NCBI GenBank assembly: GCA_964507055.1
Contig: CAZDOJ010000001.1
Location: 913,313 to 977,312, forward strand
Length of the DNA: 64,000 bases
From: an uncultured Gammaproteobacteria bacterium
GTDB lineage: Bacteria > Patescibacteriota > Microgenomatia > Levybacterales > UBA12049
Direction of reading: 5' to 3'
The first letter of the stretch is position 1. Each line of letters starts with the position of its first letter. The translations under genes and the position numbers were made by a program. Below the pieces are notes generated by a model, which saw only the letters and a program-made list of their open reading frames with translations, searched no databases and was not told the DNA's origin. Below are positions 55,601-64,000 of the stretch, piece by piece.

Positions 55601-57514
55601 TTAATCTACAACTTCGCCTTCCGCTGCTTTGTCTTTTTTATCTTTATCTTTTGGTTCTCCTTCAGCCGGTTCACCGTCTTTTTCTTCTTTCTCTATTTCT
55701 TCTGTATTTTGTGCTTGCTGTCCTTGTGCATATGCAGCTTCACCAATCTTTGAAAGCGTATCTGAAAGCTCTTTCGTCTTTGCTTCAATATCTTCTTTGC
55801 TACCAGTTTCTAGGATGTCTTTCAGTGCTTTAATCTTTTCTTCAACCTCAGTCTTTATCTCTGCTGGGACTTTGTCTCCGCCATCTTTCAATGATTTTTC
55901 TGCTGTAAAGATAAGTGCATCAGCATGATTTTTTGCTTCAATTACTGCTTTTTTCTCTTCGTCTTCTTTTGCATGAACTTCAGCATCTTGTGTCATCTTT
56001 TCTACTTCTTCTTTCGAAAGTCCTGTTGAACCAGTAATCTTAATACTTTGTTCTTTGCCTGATGCTTTATCTTTTGCTGTAACACTTACAATACCACTCG
56101 CATCAATATCAAATGTAACTTCAACTTGTGGAACACCTCGAGGTGCTGGTGGAATACCATCAAGAATAAACCGTCCAAGTGATTTATTATCTGCCGCCAT
56201 TGGACGTTCTCCCTGAAGAACATTAATTTCAACTTGTGTTTGATTGTCTGCTGCGGTTGAGAATGTCTGAGACTTTGATGTAGGAATTGTCGTATTTCGG
56301 TTAATTAATGGTGTTGAAACGCTTCCCAAGGTTTCAATTCCGAGCGTTAATGGAGTTACATCCAAAAGGAGGACATCTTTTACTTCTCCACCAAGAACAC
56401 CCGCTTGTACTGCTGCTCCTACTGCTACTACTTCGTCGGGATTTACTGATCGATTTGGTTCTTTACCAAAGAACTTTGTAACTGCATCAACAACTTTTGG
56501 CATACGAGTCATACCACCTACCATGATGACTTCATCGATTTCTGACTTTTGCTTCCCTGCATCACTTAATGCTTTTTCGACAGGTTTGAGTGATTTTTGG
56601 ATAAGATCATCGACAATTTGCTCAAGCTTTGCTCGAGTCAAAGTCATTGTTAAATGAAGTGGACCATCTTTGCCTTGTGTAATAAATGGCTGATTAATTT
56701 GTGCTTCTTGTGAAGTAGAAAGTTCGATCTTTGCTTTTTCAGCAGATTCTTTCAATCGTTGCAATGCTTGTGGATCTTTTCGAAGATCGATATTGTTTTC
56801 TTTATTAAATTCTTCAGCGATGTAATCGATAATTTTCTTATCGAAATCATCTCCACCAAGATGTGTATCACCATTTGTTGATTTCACTTCGTAGACACCT
56901 TCACCAAGTTCAAGGATTGAGATATCAAATGTACCTCCACCTAAGTCATAAACTGCGATTGTATGTGCGTTCTTTTTATCCAAACCATATGCAAGTGCTG
57001 CTGCTGTAGGTTCATTAATAATACGAAGGACTTCAAGACCTGCAATCTCACCTGCTTGTTTGGTTGCTTGACGCTCACTATCATCAAAGTACGCTGGCAC
57101 TGTAATAACAGCTTGTGTTACTTTATCACCGAGATATGATTCTGCGTCCGCTTTGATCTTCTGGAGAATCTGTGCTGAAAGTTCTTGTGGAGTGTAAGTC
57201 TTTCCATCAACTTCAACAACAGCCATATCATCACGACCTGCTTTAATTGTGTATGGAAGCCATTTAATATCTTCCTGAACTGTTGGGTCGTTGAATTTCT
57301 TACCCATTAATCTTTTGATAGAGAAGATTGTCTGTTTTGACTTCAAAACTAATTGTCTTTTCGCTACATCTCCAACCACATGAGATTTTGGATCTACGAC
57401 TGATGGTATAGTGTTGCGACCTTCTGCAGAGTGGATTACTTTTGGTGCTCCACCTTCCATAACGGCTACACATGAATTTGTTGTTCCTAAATCAATACCA
57501 ATTATTTTTCCCAT
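55601..57514 (-). CDS. dnaK: molecular chaperone DnaK (Hsp70)
   Basis: [33 protein letters not shown] and other Hsp70 signatures. Acidic C-terminus. Confidence 0.95.
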   Translation of the reverse strand: MGKIIGIDLGTTNSCVAVMEGGAPKVIHSAEGRNTIPSVVDPKSHVVGDVAKRQLVLKSKQTIFSIKRLMGKKFNDPTVQEDIKWLPYTIKAGRDDMAVVEVDGKTYTPQELSAQILQKIKADAESYLGDKVTQAVITVPAYFDDSERQATKQAGEIAGLEVLRIINEPTAAALAYGLDKKNAHTIAVYDLGGGTFDISILELGEGVYEVKSTNGDTHLGGDDFDKKIIDYIAEEFNKENNIDLRKDPQALQRLKESAEKAKIELSTSQEAQINQPFITQGKDGPLHLTMTLTRAKLEQIVDDLIQKSLKPVEKALSDAGKQKSEIDEVIMVGGMTRMPKVVDAVTKFFGKEPNRSVNPDEVVAVGAAVQAGVLGGEVKDVLLLDVTPLTLGIETLGSVSTPLINRNTTIPTSKSQTFSTAADNQTQVEINVLQGERPMAADNKSLGRFILDGIPPAPRGVPQVEVTFDIDASGIVSVTAKDKASGKEQSIKITGSTGLSKEEVEKMTQDAEVHAKEDEEKKAVIEAKNHADALIFTAEKSLKDGGDKVPAEIKTEVEEKIKALKDILETGSKEDIEAKTKELSDTLSKIGEAAYAQGQQAQNTEEIEKEEKDGEPAEGEPKDKDKKDKAAEGEVVD

Positions 57515-57526
57515 AAATTTCCTTTC

Positions 57527-58000
57527 TTAGTTCTTTTCAGAACCGACAGTCACTTGTGCTGCCCGTAATAATTTTTCGTTAAGCATAAATCCTACTCGTG
57601 TTTCTGAAACCACTTTGCCTTCTTTTCCTTCTTCGGTCGCAATTGCCTCCATTATTGATGGATCGAAGTCTTTGCCGATAGTTTCAATTTTTGTAACCCC
57701 TTCGGATTTTAAGATATCAAAGAAATGATTTGTGGTCACTTCTAGATTTTTATCTTGAACATGCTGTTGAGCAAGTAACAGTGTATCTAAAACTGTCAAA
57801 ATTCTCAAGAGCAAATCTTTGTTTGCTGATCTTATTAATTCTAATCGTTCGTCTGACGTTCGCTTTTGCAAATTTTGATAATCAGCAAGAGCTCTCTTAT
57901 ATTTGTTCTCTGACTCTTCCAATCGTTGCTCTAACTCTTCAATCTCTTTCGAGACTTCATCTACTTCTTGATCTTGTTGTGTTGTTTCGTCTTGTGTCAT
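57527..58000 (-). CDS. grpE: nucleotide exchange factor GrpE
   Basis: YKRALADYQNLQKR...VGFMLNEKLLRAAQV. Confidence 0.85.
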   Translation of the reverse strand: MTQDETTQQDQEVDEVSKEIEELEQRLEESENKYKRALADYQNLQKRTSDERLELIRSANKDLLLRILTVLDTLLLAQQHVQDKNLEVTTNHFFDILKSEGVTKIETIGKDFDPSIMEAIATEEGKEGKVVSETRVGFMLNEKLLRAAQVTVGSEKN

Positions 58001-58018
58001 GATCGTAATCCAATTATT

Positions 58019-58750
58019 CTACCAGCCCTTTGCACTCGTTTCAATAAGATCAGAGAAGTATCGAACTGTTGGAATAATTGTCGTATAGCGTAGACGTGCT
58101 GGTCCCAGTACTCCAATTCTTCCTTTTACATTCAATGGTGTTGTATATTCTGTGAATATAAACCCATATGGTCCACGAAGTCGTGTACCAAGCTCATCTT
58201 CAATTAAGATATGTACTTCTTCATCATCATGAACTGTTGCAAATATCGTTTCAAAGTTATCATATTCATCAAGTGCTTCAAGTAATGTTTTGGTAACATC
58301 AATGTCGTAAAACTCAGGCATCTCCAAAATATTTGCATATCCTGAACAATAGATTTCACCTTCATTCGTTGTCGCAATCGCTAATGTATTCGTCTTTTCA
58401 GCAAGTGAGCGTGTTGTTTCTTTTAAGAAACGCTGCATGCGTTCTCGATAATCCCAAACTTTTTCTTTTAACGCAACTTCTTCGACAGTCGAAAGTTCTT
58501 TTTCTTTCATCAACTCTCTGACGTAGAATTTCATTCCCTGTGCTGTTGGCACACGTCCAGCTGATGAATGAGGTTTTTTGAGATAACCATACTCAGACAA
58601 TCGAACCATTTCGTTTCGGATTGTCGCAGGACTAGCACTTAAATTATGCTTTTTTTCAATTGTTTCAGATCCGACAGGATCAGCAGTTTCTATGTATTCC
58701 TCTATGATACTACGAAGAATCTCAATTTGGCGTTGCGTTAAGTTATGCAT
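58019..58750 (-). CDS. hrcA: heat-inducible transcriptional repressor HrcA (short, 243 aa)
   Basis: LTQRQIEILRSIIEEYIETADPVGSETI...IRNEMVRLSEYGYL (winged-helix N-terminus). First gene of the hrcA-grpE-dnaK-dnaJ operon. ATG verified at 58750. Confidence 0.8.
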   Translation of the reverse strand: MHNLTQRQIEILRSIIEEYIETADPVGSETIEKKHNLSASPATIRNEMVRLSEYGYLKKPHSSAGRVPTAQGMKFYVRELMKEKELSTVEEVALKEKVWDYRERMQRFLKETTRSLAEKTNTLAIATTNEGEIYCSGYANILEMPEFYDIDVTKTLLEALDEYDNFETIFATVHDDEEVHILIEDELGTRLRGPYGFIFTEYTTPLNVKGRIGVLGPARLRYTTIIPTVRYFSDLIETSAKGW

Positions 58751-58768
58751 ACTTTCAAACGAACAGAA

Positions 58769-58795
58769 TTAGCAATAATATATCACGAGTGCCAA
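58769..58795. promoter_or_regulatory. CIRCE-like operator (TTAGCAATA-N9-GAGTGCCAA)
   Basis: 15 of 18 positions match the consensus TTAGCACTC-N9-GAGTGCTAA with the exact 9-nt spacer. It overlaps the hrcA promoter and lies 18 nt upstream of the hrcA ATG. Confidence 0.45.
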
Positions 58796-58805
58796 ACACT
58801 GTCAA
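58777..58805 (-). promoter_or_regulatory. sigma-70-type promoter of the hrcA operon (-35 TTGACA, 17 nt spacer, extended -10 TGATATATT)
   Basis: Minus strand TTGACA at 58805..58800. TATATT at 58782..58777, preceded by TGA. The CIRCE-like dyad occupies the spacer and the -10, which is typical for HrcA-repressed promoters. Confidence 0.5.
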
Positions 58806-58891
58806 GCCCTCTCCTTACTATAAAAATAATAGCTGTTAACTAAATAGACCTTTCTATTGATTTTTAGTGAGGTATTTGTCATGCTGAACAG

Positions 58892-60154
58892 GTGAGAAAA
58901 TATTTAAACTTTGTTACTGTATTTCTTTCCTTCATGTCTTTCCTTCTCTTCTTTAGTGTTGCGTCTGTTTACGCGGGTAACGCCGGTGAAATGGACGAAT
59001 GTAGCACAAGTGGTGTAAATCTTAATGCTGACCAAACGTGCATGGCTGGACTTAAATGTAATACTACTGACTACGATGATGAAATAGCAAAGAGACACGG
59101 ATGGGGTTACATTGTTCTAGGTTGGGAAGGACTTTGCGTTAAAGAAAAATTTGTGGACTGCACATGTGCAGGTGGTGGTGGTAAGGCAGGAATCGGACAA
59201 AATGGGATAGAATGTCCTGGAAAACCAACGGTGTATTGCAGTGACAAAGATGATGCCTGTTATTCACAAGGCGGAGCAACTATTGATAGAGGCGAGATTA
59301 ATTTTAATAAGAACGATGCAGCGTATACCGATACTGCTATAAGAAATGTCGCATGTACGCCTGTAAAACCAGAAGCAACTTGTACATGTATCGGCAACGG
59401 GACAGTAAATGAAAATAACTTTAGCTGTACTGCACCTGACGGTACGACAGGTACTGGAACATGCAAAAGCCAATTTCAATGTCAGCCTAACGACGGACAA
59501 ATCATACCACAAGATCAAATTGAAAATGCTCGGGGTAATGTTGACGGAAGTCACGTATTAAAAAACATTAAATGTGACAGACCTATGGCAGAATGTACAT
59601 GTGATCCAAATGTTGCAGCGAATGGTTTTCATTGTACACAATTTGGAAAGACAGAAACAGACACATGTGATACGCCAGAACAAAAATGCATTACAGATCC
59701 AAACTCAATACTTCTCAACGGAGAATCTACAGAGAATCAGCTTTTTGGTGGTGCACCATTAAAAGGTATTAGATGTGAATTACCAAATTTAGCAGACAAA
59801 CAAAAGATCTATCCAACAACGCCACCTCCACCTCCTCCTCCTTGTCTTGATAATTTGAATCCAGAAGGCTGTCCGACATTCAGTACAGCAGTTGGTAAAT
59901 TAGGCACTAAACCTGAGGAATTTATTAAATCGCTCTTTGCTGTGCTCTTGAGTGTTTCTGGAGGTATCGCGATTCTTCTTATCATGAGAGCTGGTTATCA
60001 AATGATGACATCTCAAGGAGAACCTCAAAAACTTAATAATGCACGGGACCACCTCGTTGCTGCTATTGTTGGACTTATTTTTCTTATCTTCTCTTTTGTA
60101 ATATTGCAGATTATTGGTTTTGATATCCTCCGTCTCCCTGGTTTTGGCGGCTGA
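58892..60154 (+). CDS. secreted Cys-rich repeat protein, poly-Pro linker, C-terminal two-TM hairpin module paralogous to the 54284..54586 protein (ends DILRLPGFGG)
   Basis: GTG start (an ATG lies in frame at 58934). Signal peptide. About three Cys-rich repeats with C[TS]C motifs (DCTCAGGGG; ATCTCIGNG; AECTCDPN). PTTPPPPPPPC linker. Hairpin module about 45% identical to the 100-aa protein, including GY..MTS.G.PQ and DILR.PGF. Confidence 0.5.
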   Translation: MRKYLNFVTVFLSFMSFLLFFSVASVYAGNAGEMDECSTSGVNLNADQTCMAGLKCNTTDYDDEIAKRHGWGYIVLGWEGLCVKEKFVDCTCAGGGGKAGIGQNGIECPGKPTVYCSDKDDACYSQGGATIDRGEINFNKNDAAYTDTAIRNVACTPVKPEATCTCIGNGTVNENNFSCTAPDGTTGTGTCKSQFQCQPNDGQIIPQDQIENARGNVDGSHVLKNIKCDRPMAECTCDPNVAANGFHCTQFGKTETDTCDTPEQKCITDPNSILLNGESTENQLFGGAPLKGIRCELPNLADKQKIYPTTPPPPPPPCLDNLNPEGCPTFSTAVGKLGTKPEEFIKSLFAVLLSVSGGIAILLIMRAGYQMMTSQGEPQKLNNARDHLVAAIVGLIFLIFSFVILQIIGFDILRLPGFGG

Positions 60155-60184
60155 TTTATCTCTCCGTAATATTCAATACAGTTT

Positions 60185-60556
60185 ATGAAAATTCAGTTCC
60201 ACTCAAAAGAGAAAGACAGTATTGGCAAAAGAAAAAGATCAATTCTATTTTTGGTTATCGGCCTTATTTCGCTTTTTAGTTTGGGTTTTCTTGTCTATGC
60301 TATTGATCCAAATTTTCAAATAAACATCCTTACCCTTTCAATACCTATGCTGCCAATCTTTATGATCTTACTTTTTGCAACGCTTTTCTTTCTTGGCTCT
60401 TTTGCCTTTAAAAGCAAAACGCATGGTGTGCTTATTGGAGTTTTTGTCATTATTTACCTACTGTTCAGATTAAATCATCTTACGCATCCATTTTTCCTCA
60501 TTTTACTTTTTGCATTGTTTCTTACTCTTGAACTATTCGTTTCATACAGAAGATAA
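60185..60556 (+). CDS. small polytopic membrane protein (123 aa, about 4 TM)
   Basis: Hydrophobic ORF 30 nt downstream of the Cys-rich / hairpin fusion gene. Confidence 0.4.
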   Translation: MKIQFHSKEKDSIGKRKRSILFLVIGLISLFSLGFLVYAIDPNFQINILTLSIPMLPIFMILLFATLFFLGSFAFKSKTHGVLIGVFVIIYLLFRLNHLTHPFFLILLFALFLTLELFVSYRR

Positions 60557-60578
60557 GGTAGTATCAGCCTCGTAAGTG

Positions 60579-60587
60579 TGATACAAT
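60579..60587 (+). promoter_or_regulatory. extended -10-like box TGATACAAT, 11 nt upstream of the metG ATG
   Basis: Same spacing as the alaS promoter. Weaker hexamer (TACAAT). Confidence 0.3.
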
Positions 60588-60598
60588 TTGTGGATATT

Positions 60599-62044
60599 AT
60601 GGCAAAATTTTATATTACTAGTGCAATCCCCTACGTTAATGCGAGACCTCATATCGGTTGGGCTTTGGAAATCGTTCAAGCGGATACGATTGTTCGATAC
60701 CGCAGGCAACAAGGAGACGAAGTCCGATACCTTTGTGGCTCAGATGAAAACTCATTAAAGAATGTTCAAGCAGCTGAAAAGGCTGGTAAACCGGTTCAGG
60801 AATTTGTTGATGAATATAGCTCATACTTCACTGCTTTGGCAAAGAATCTTAATGTAGCATTTGATGTTTTCCAAAGAGGAAGTAACAAAGATCATCATAA
60901 AGCTTCCCAGGAATTATGGAAACGTTGTTACGAAAATGGAGATATTTATAAAAAAGCATACACAGGTTTATATTGTGTCGGCTGCGAAATGTTCTATACA
61001 AAGGATGAGTTAAACGAAAATGGTGAATGTTTTGAACATCCGGGGAAAAAACTTGATGAAGTAACTGAAGAAAATTATTTCTTTAAGCTCTCTGCATATA
61101 AAAAGCAACTTATCGATTTAATCAAATCCGATACATTAGCAATTATTCCAGCATTTAGAAAGAATGAGATTCTTTCATTCTTAGATGGTAATTTGGAGGA
61201 TATAAGTATTTCTCGATCTAATGAACGTGCAAAGAATTGGGGAGTAACAGTACCAAATGATGATACGCAAAAGATGTATGTTTGGTTTGATGCTCTAAAC
61301 ATTTACCAAAGTGGTGTTGGATTCGGAAATGATGAAGAAAGCTACAAAAAATGGTGGCCAGCAGATGTCCATGCAATTGGTAAAGGTATTATCCGCTTCC
61401 ATGCAGTGTATTGGCCAGCATTTCTTATTTCTGCAAAACTTCCTTTGCCTAAGAAATTATTTGTCCATGAATATATAACTGTAAATGGGCAAAAGATGTC
61501 TAAGTCATTAGGAAATGTTGTAGATCCAAATGACTATGTCCAAAAGTATGGTGTAGATGCTTTGCGTTATTATCTTCTCGCAAAACTTTCTCCGTTCTCT
61601 GATGGAGATTTCTCTGAAGAGAAGTTTACGCTCGCATACAATGCAGATTTAGCAAATGGCTTAGGAAACCTTGTGGCACGAGTCGCAAAATTGAGCGAAA
61701 CTATCGATATTACGCTTGAAGAAACAGATAGGGAATCTCTTAAGGAAGTATTAAAAGAAAAAGCATACATTGAAGCTTGGGATGCATACAAATTTAATGA
61801 TGCTCTTTCATTCATTTGGCAAAGGATTACAGCAGTAGATAAATATATTAATGATGAGAAACCTTGGGTACTTGTTAAATCTGATACTGAGAAAGCTAAA
61901 GAGGTGCTGACGAAATGTATAGATGAGATTCGAAAAATTGCAATAGCACTTGAACCATTCTTACCTGAAACCGCACAGAAGATTCAGGAACAATTTAAAG
62001 GACCAAAGATTGTATCAAGCAAACCATTATTCCCTAGACTGTAA
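60599..62044 (+). CDS. metG: methionine--tRNA ligase (short form)
   Basis: YITSAIPYVNARPHIGWALE (HIGH-type), KMSKSLGNVVDP (KMSKS), zinc knuckle CVGCEMFY...C. The ORF track starts at GTG 60578; the conserved ATG at 60599 was verified. Confidence 0.88.
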   Translation: MAKFYITSAIPYVNARPHIGWALEIVQADTIVRYRRQQGDEVRYLCGSDENSLKNVQAAEKAGKPVQEFVDEYSSYFTALAKNLNVAFDVFQRGSNKDHHKASQELWKRCYENGDIYKKAYTGLYCVGCEMFYTKDELNENGECFEHPGKKLDEVTEENYFFKLSAYKKQLIDLIKSDTLAIIPAFRKNEILSFLDGNLEDISISRSNERAKNWGVTVPNDDTQKMYVWFDALNIYQSGVGFGNDEESYKKWWPADVHAIGKGIIRFHAVYWPAFLISAKLPLPKKLFVHEYITVNGQKMSKSLGNVVDPNDYVQKYGVDALRYYLLAKLSPFSDGDFSEEKFTLAYNADLANGLGNLVARVAKLSETIDITLEETDRESLKEVLKEKAYIEAWDAYKFNDALSFIWQRITAVDKYINDEKPWVLVKSDTEKAKEVLTKCIDEIRKIAIALEPFLPETAQKIQEQFKGPKIVSSKPLFPRL

Positions 62045-62051
62045 TATATAA

Positions 62052-62915
62052 ATGATTGATGTACACTGCCATCTCCAATTCCAAAAGTTCGAAGAGGACT
62101 ACGACATTGTTATTCGTGCAGCTTTTGAGGCAGGTATTACCAAAATAATTAATACAGGAACACAATTGTCTTCTAGCCGTAAAGCTATAGAGTTTGCAGA
62201 AAACTATGACCAACTATATGCTATTGTTGGTGTCCATCCTCATCATGCGGATAAAATAAAAACACATCCCGAAACAGTTGAGCATACGGAGACAAAAGCA
62301 AAAGATACTCATATACAAACCACAAATGAAAATTATTGGCTTGAAGAACTGGAAAAAATGACAAAGCATCCAAAAGTCATTGGCATTGGAGAGATAGGGA
62401 TGGATTACTTTGCTTACAAATCAAACGGTATTGTTGATCAGAAAGTACAGCAGGAAATATTTGAAGCACAAATTGAATTAGCACATAAAGCAAAACTTCC
62501 ACTACAAATTCATAATCGTCAGGCCGGTGAAGATGTTATAAGAATTCTAAAAGCAAAAAAGCACATGTTGCAATCAGTTCCAGGGATGTTCCATTGTTTT
62601 GCTGGAACAAAAGAAGTACTAAAAGATGCACTGGATTTAGGCTTCTTTATAGGTTTTGATGGAAATACAACATATAAAGGTATTGCACCAGGCGAAACAG
62701 TGGAATTATCAGAACTAGCGAAAAGCACTCCACTTGATAGAATTGTTATAGAAACGGATGCACCATACCTTACCCCGGTACCATATCGTGGAAAAAGGAA
62801 TGAACCACAGTATGCTATACTCACTGCGAAATACATTGCTGATCTTAAAGGTGTTCTTTATGAATCACTAGTGGAACAGACAGACAAAAATGTCTATACT
62901 ATTTTTAATATATGA
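62052..62915 (+). CDS. tatD: TatD-family metal-dependent hydrolase / DNase
   Basis: MIDVHCHLQF (HxH), GIGEIGMDYF, HNRQAGED, FHCFAG, ETDAPYL. It carries an insertion of about 30 aa (THPETVEHTETKAKDTHIQTTNENY). Confidence 0.8.
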   Translation: MIDVHCHLQFQKFEEDYDIVIRAAFEAGITKIINTGTQLSSSRKAIEFAENYDQLYAIVGVHPHHADKIKTHPETVEHTETKAKDTHIQTTNENYWLEELEKMTKHPKVIGIGEIGMDYFAYKSNGIVDQKVQQEIFEAQIELAHKAKLPLQIHNRQAGEDVIRILKAKKHMLQSVPGMFHCFAGTKEVLKDALDLGFFIGFDGNTTYKGIAPGETVELSELAKSTPLDRIVIETDAPYLTPVPYRGKRNEPQYAILTAKYIADLKGVLYESLVEQTDKNVYTIFNI

Positions 62916-64000
62916 CAAGTTTTTTTGAGAAGATATTCACCCGCTATCCAAATAAAACAAGACGCCTTCTTGAGATTTTTCCTGGACTTATGGCTTGGAC
63001 GCTTATTACTGCACCGATTTGGGGTTCATTTCTTATTCCAACTGCACTTGCATACTTTATCCTTTTCTTCGACGTCTACTGGCTCTACAAATCATTTAAT
63101 CTTGTCTATACAGCATCGATCTCTTCAAAGAAGATAAAACAAGCTGAGCAAACAGATTGGTATGCAAAAGTAAAAGATTTAGAGCATGTTCGCAAAGTTC
63201 ATCACACACTTATTATTCTTAATTATAAAGAATCTGTTGAGAAAGTAAGCAAAACACTTGATATCTTAGCAAATCAAAGTTTCCCTGCAAAACAATTACA
63301 TATTGTTCTTGCTATGGAAGAACGAGAAACTGAAGCAAAAGAACGTGGAGCTGCACTTGTGAAGAAGTACAAAGACGTTTTTGGAAATATCTTCCCGACA
63401 TTCCACCCTGACGTCCTAGGCGAAGTAAAAGGGAAATCTTCAAACGAGGCATACGCAGGACGTGAAGCATATAAACGATTGTATGAAGAAGGCAATCTTG
63501 ATATTAATTATGCAACAATCTCATCCGTAGACGCTGATTCTCTTTTCCATAAAGAGTATTTCGCATATTTAACATATAAATTCTTAAAAGATCCAAAACG
63601 CCATAATAAATTCTGGCAATCAGCAATTGTATTCCATAATAATATTTGGGAAGTTCCAGCACCAACTCGTGTCACATCTTTCTTTGGTACGTTGTATAGA
63701 ATCGCACTCCTTGTTCAAGGAGATAAGCTTCTCACTCACGCAACATATTCATTATCTTTTAAACTACTTAAGGAAATTGACTTCTGGGATGTTGATGTCA
63801 TTCCAGAAGATTATCGCATATTCTTTAAAGCGTTTTACCAGAAAAAAGGTGAGATCTGGTGTGAGCCTATTTTCCTCAAGACAGGTATGGACGCTGCACA
63901 ATCAAAAGGATACATTGATAGTTTGAAGAATAAATATCATCAAGAGAGAAGATGGTCTTGGGGCGTTTCGGACAATCCTCTTTTTATTAAATGGTGGTTT
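62912..64000 (+). CDS. membrane glycosyltransferase family 2 (processive, cellulose/chitin/hyaluronan-synthase-like), 5-prime partial; gene runs off the window end
   Basis: The ATG at 62912 overlaps the tatD stop (ATGA). My own translation gives MTSFFEKIFTRYPNKTRRLLEIFPGLMAWTLITAPIWGSFLIPTALAYFILFFDVYWLYK...HHTLIILNYKESVEKVSKTLDILANQSFPAKQLHIVLAMEERE...RRWSWGVSDNPLFIKWWF, open to position 64000. The listed ORF 62925..63137 is an out-of-frame artefact inside it. Confidence 0.55.
   Translation, partial: MTSFFEKIFTRYPNKTRRLLEIFPGLMAWTLITAPIWGSFLIPTALAYFILFFDVYWLYKSFNLVYTASISSKKIKQAEQTDWYAKVKDLEHVRKVHHTLIILNYKESVEKVSKTLDILANQSFPAKQLHIVLAMEERETEAKERGAALVKKYKDVFGNIFPTFHPDVLGEVKGKSSNEAYAGREAYKRLYEEGNLDINYATISSVDADSLFHKEYFAYLTYKFLKDPKRHNKFWQSAIVFHNNIWEVPAPTRVTSFFGTLYRIALLVQGDKLLTHATYSLSFKLLKEIDFWDVDVIPEDYRIFFKAFYQKKGEIWCEPIFLKTGMDAAQSKGYIDSLKNKYHQERRWSWGVSDNPLFIKWWF

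Noticed and set aside
62925-63137. 70-aa ORF (MRRYSPAIQ...) listed after tatD.
   Set aside because: It is out of frame within a much longer open frame starting at ATG 62912. That frame encodes a GT2-like membrane glycosyltransferase and continues to the window end.
1-64000. Possibility of an alternative genetic code (UGA as Gly, code 25, as in Gracilibacteria/SR1).
   Set aside because: Under the standard code, rpoC (1313 aa), rpoB (1133 aa), the Hsp100 (1431 aa), ftsK and dnaK are uninterrupted and end at plausible positions. The verified stops are TAA or TAG, plus TGA at tatD. No recoding is needed.

Overview
The 64-kb window is from a low-GC (about 38-40%) genome that uses the standard genetic code: rpoB, rpoC and ftsK are intact long ORFs with no in-frame TGA. 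The gene content suggests a reduced-genome, Gram-positive-like lineage, probably Patescibacteria/CPR (my inference from sequence alone). Supporting features: acidic C-terminal tails on RpoB and RpoC; shortened AlaRS, IF-2, HrcA and MetRS; a sortase; nucleoside salvage; many secreted lectin or adhesin giants; few Shine-Dalgarno sites.

Part 1, gene content by coordinate:
- 1-8.7 kb: rpsL-rpsG and rpoB-rpoC.
- 8.8-12.8 kb: a secreted GH140-like glycosidase and a secreted HExxH peptidase, both carrying lectin or CBM modules.
- 13-21.6 kb: alaS, a membrane protein, a sortase, a nucleoside phosphorylase, mltG, and small stress or membrane proteins.
- 21.7-36.6 kb, mostly minus strand: rodZ, ftsK, a secreted hypothetical, RNase J, a Lon-like AAA+ module with no protease domain, pnp, rpsO, a degenerate DHH protein, infB and nusA.
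- 36.7-43.1 kb: two giant surface proteins. One carries CBM, malectin-like, DUF2341 and LamG domains; the other carries a vWA domain and SdrD-B-like repeats.
- 43.2-58.8 kb, uninterrupted minus-strand block: hrcA-grpE-dnaK-dnaJ, whose promoter carries a CIRCE-like operator, followed by the module described below.
- 58.9-64 kb, plus strand: a Cys-rich protein fused to a second copy of the hairpin domain, a small membrane protein, metG, tatD and a partial GT2 glycosyltransferase.

Part 2, the main finding: immediately downstream of dnaJ sits an unusual five-gene module.
- A 100-aa two-TM hairpin protein with a VirB2/TrbC pilin-like architecture.
- A 1248-aa polytopic, VirB6/TrbL-like membrane protein with a roughly 870-aa repeat-bearing tail.
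- A 1431-aa double-AAA+ Hsp100 (Clp) with the same roughly 95-aa repeat family appended to its C-terminus.
- A 125-aa membrane protein.
- A membrane-anchored Hsp100 whose first AAA+ module has a degenerate Walker A and B.

Neither Hsp100 has a ClpB-type middle domain or a ClpP-docking loop. No VirB4, VirD4 or VirB11 ATPase is present in the window. I propose this as a candidate undescribed membrane-associated, Hsp100-powered machine (secretion, extraction or membrane-protein quality control) that may be co-regulated with the Hsp70 operon.

Secondary observations:
- A recurring TGnTATAAT extended -10 box sits 6-11 nt upstream of start codons, implying leaderless or near-leaderless mRNAs.
- A 50-aa ORF with the only strong SD in the region.
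- A protease-less Lon.
- A DHH pseudo-enzyme.

All coordinates were checked against the printed sequence. Family assignments rest on motif recognition by eye; no database search was run.
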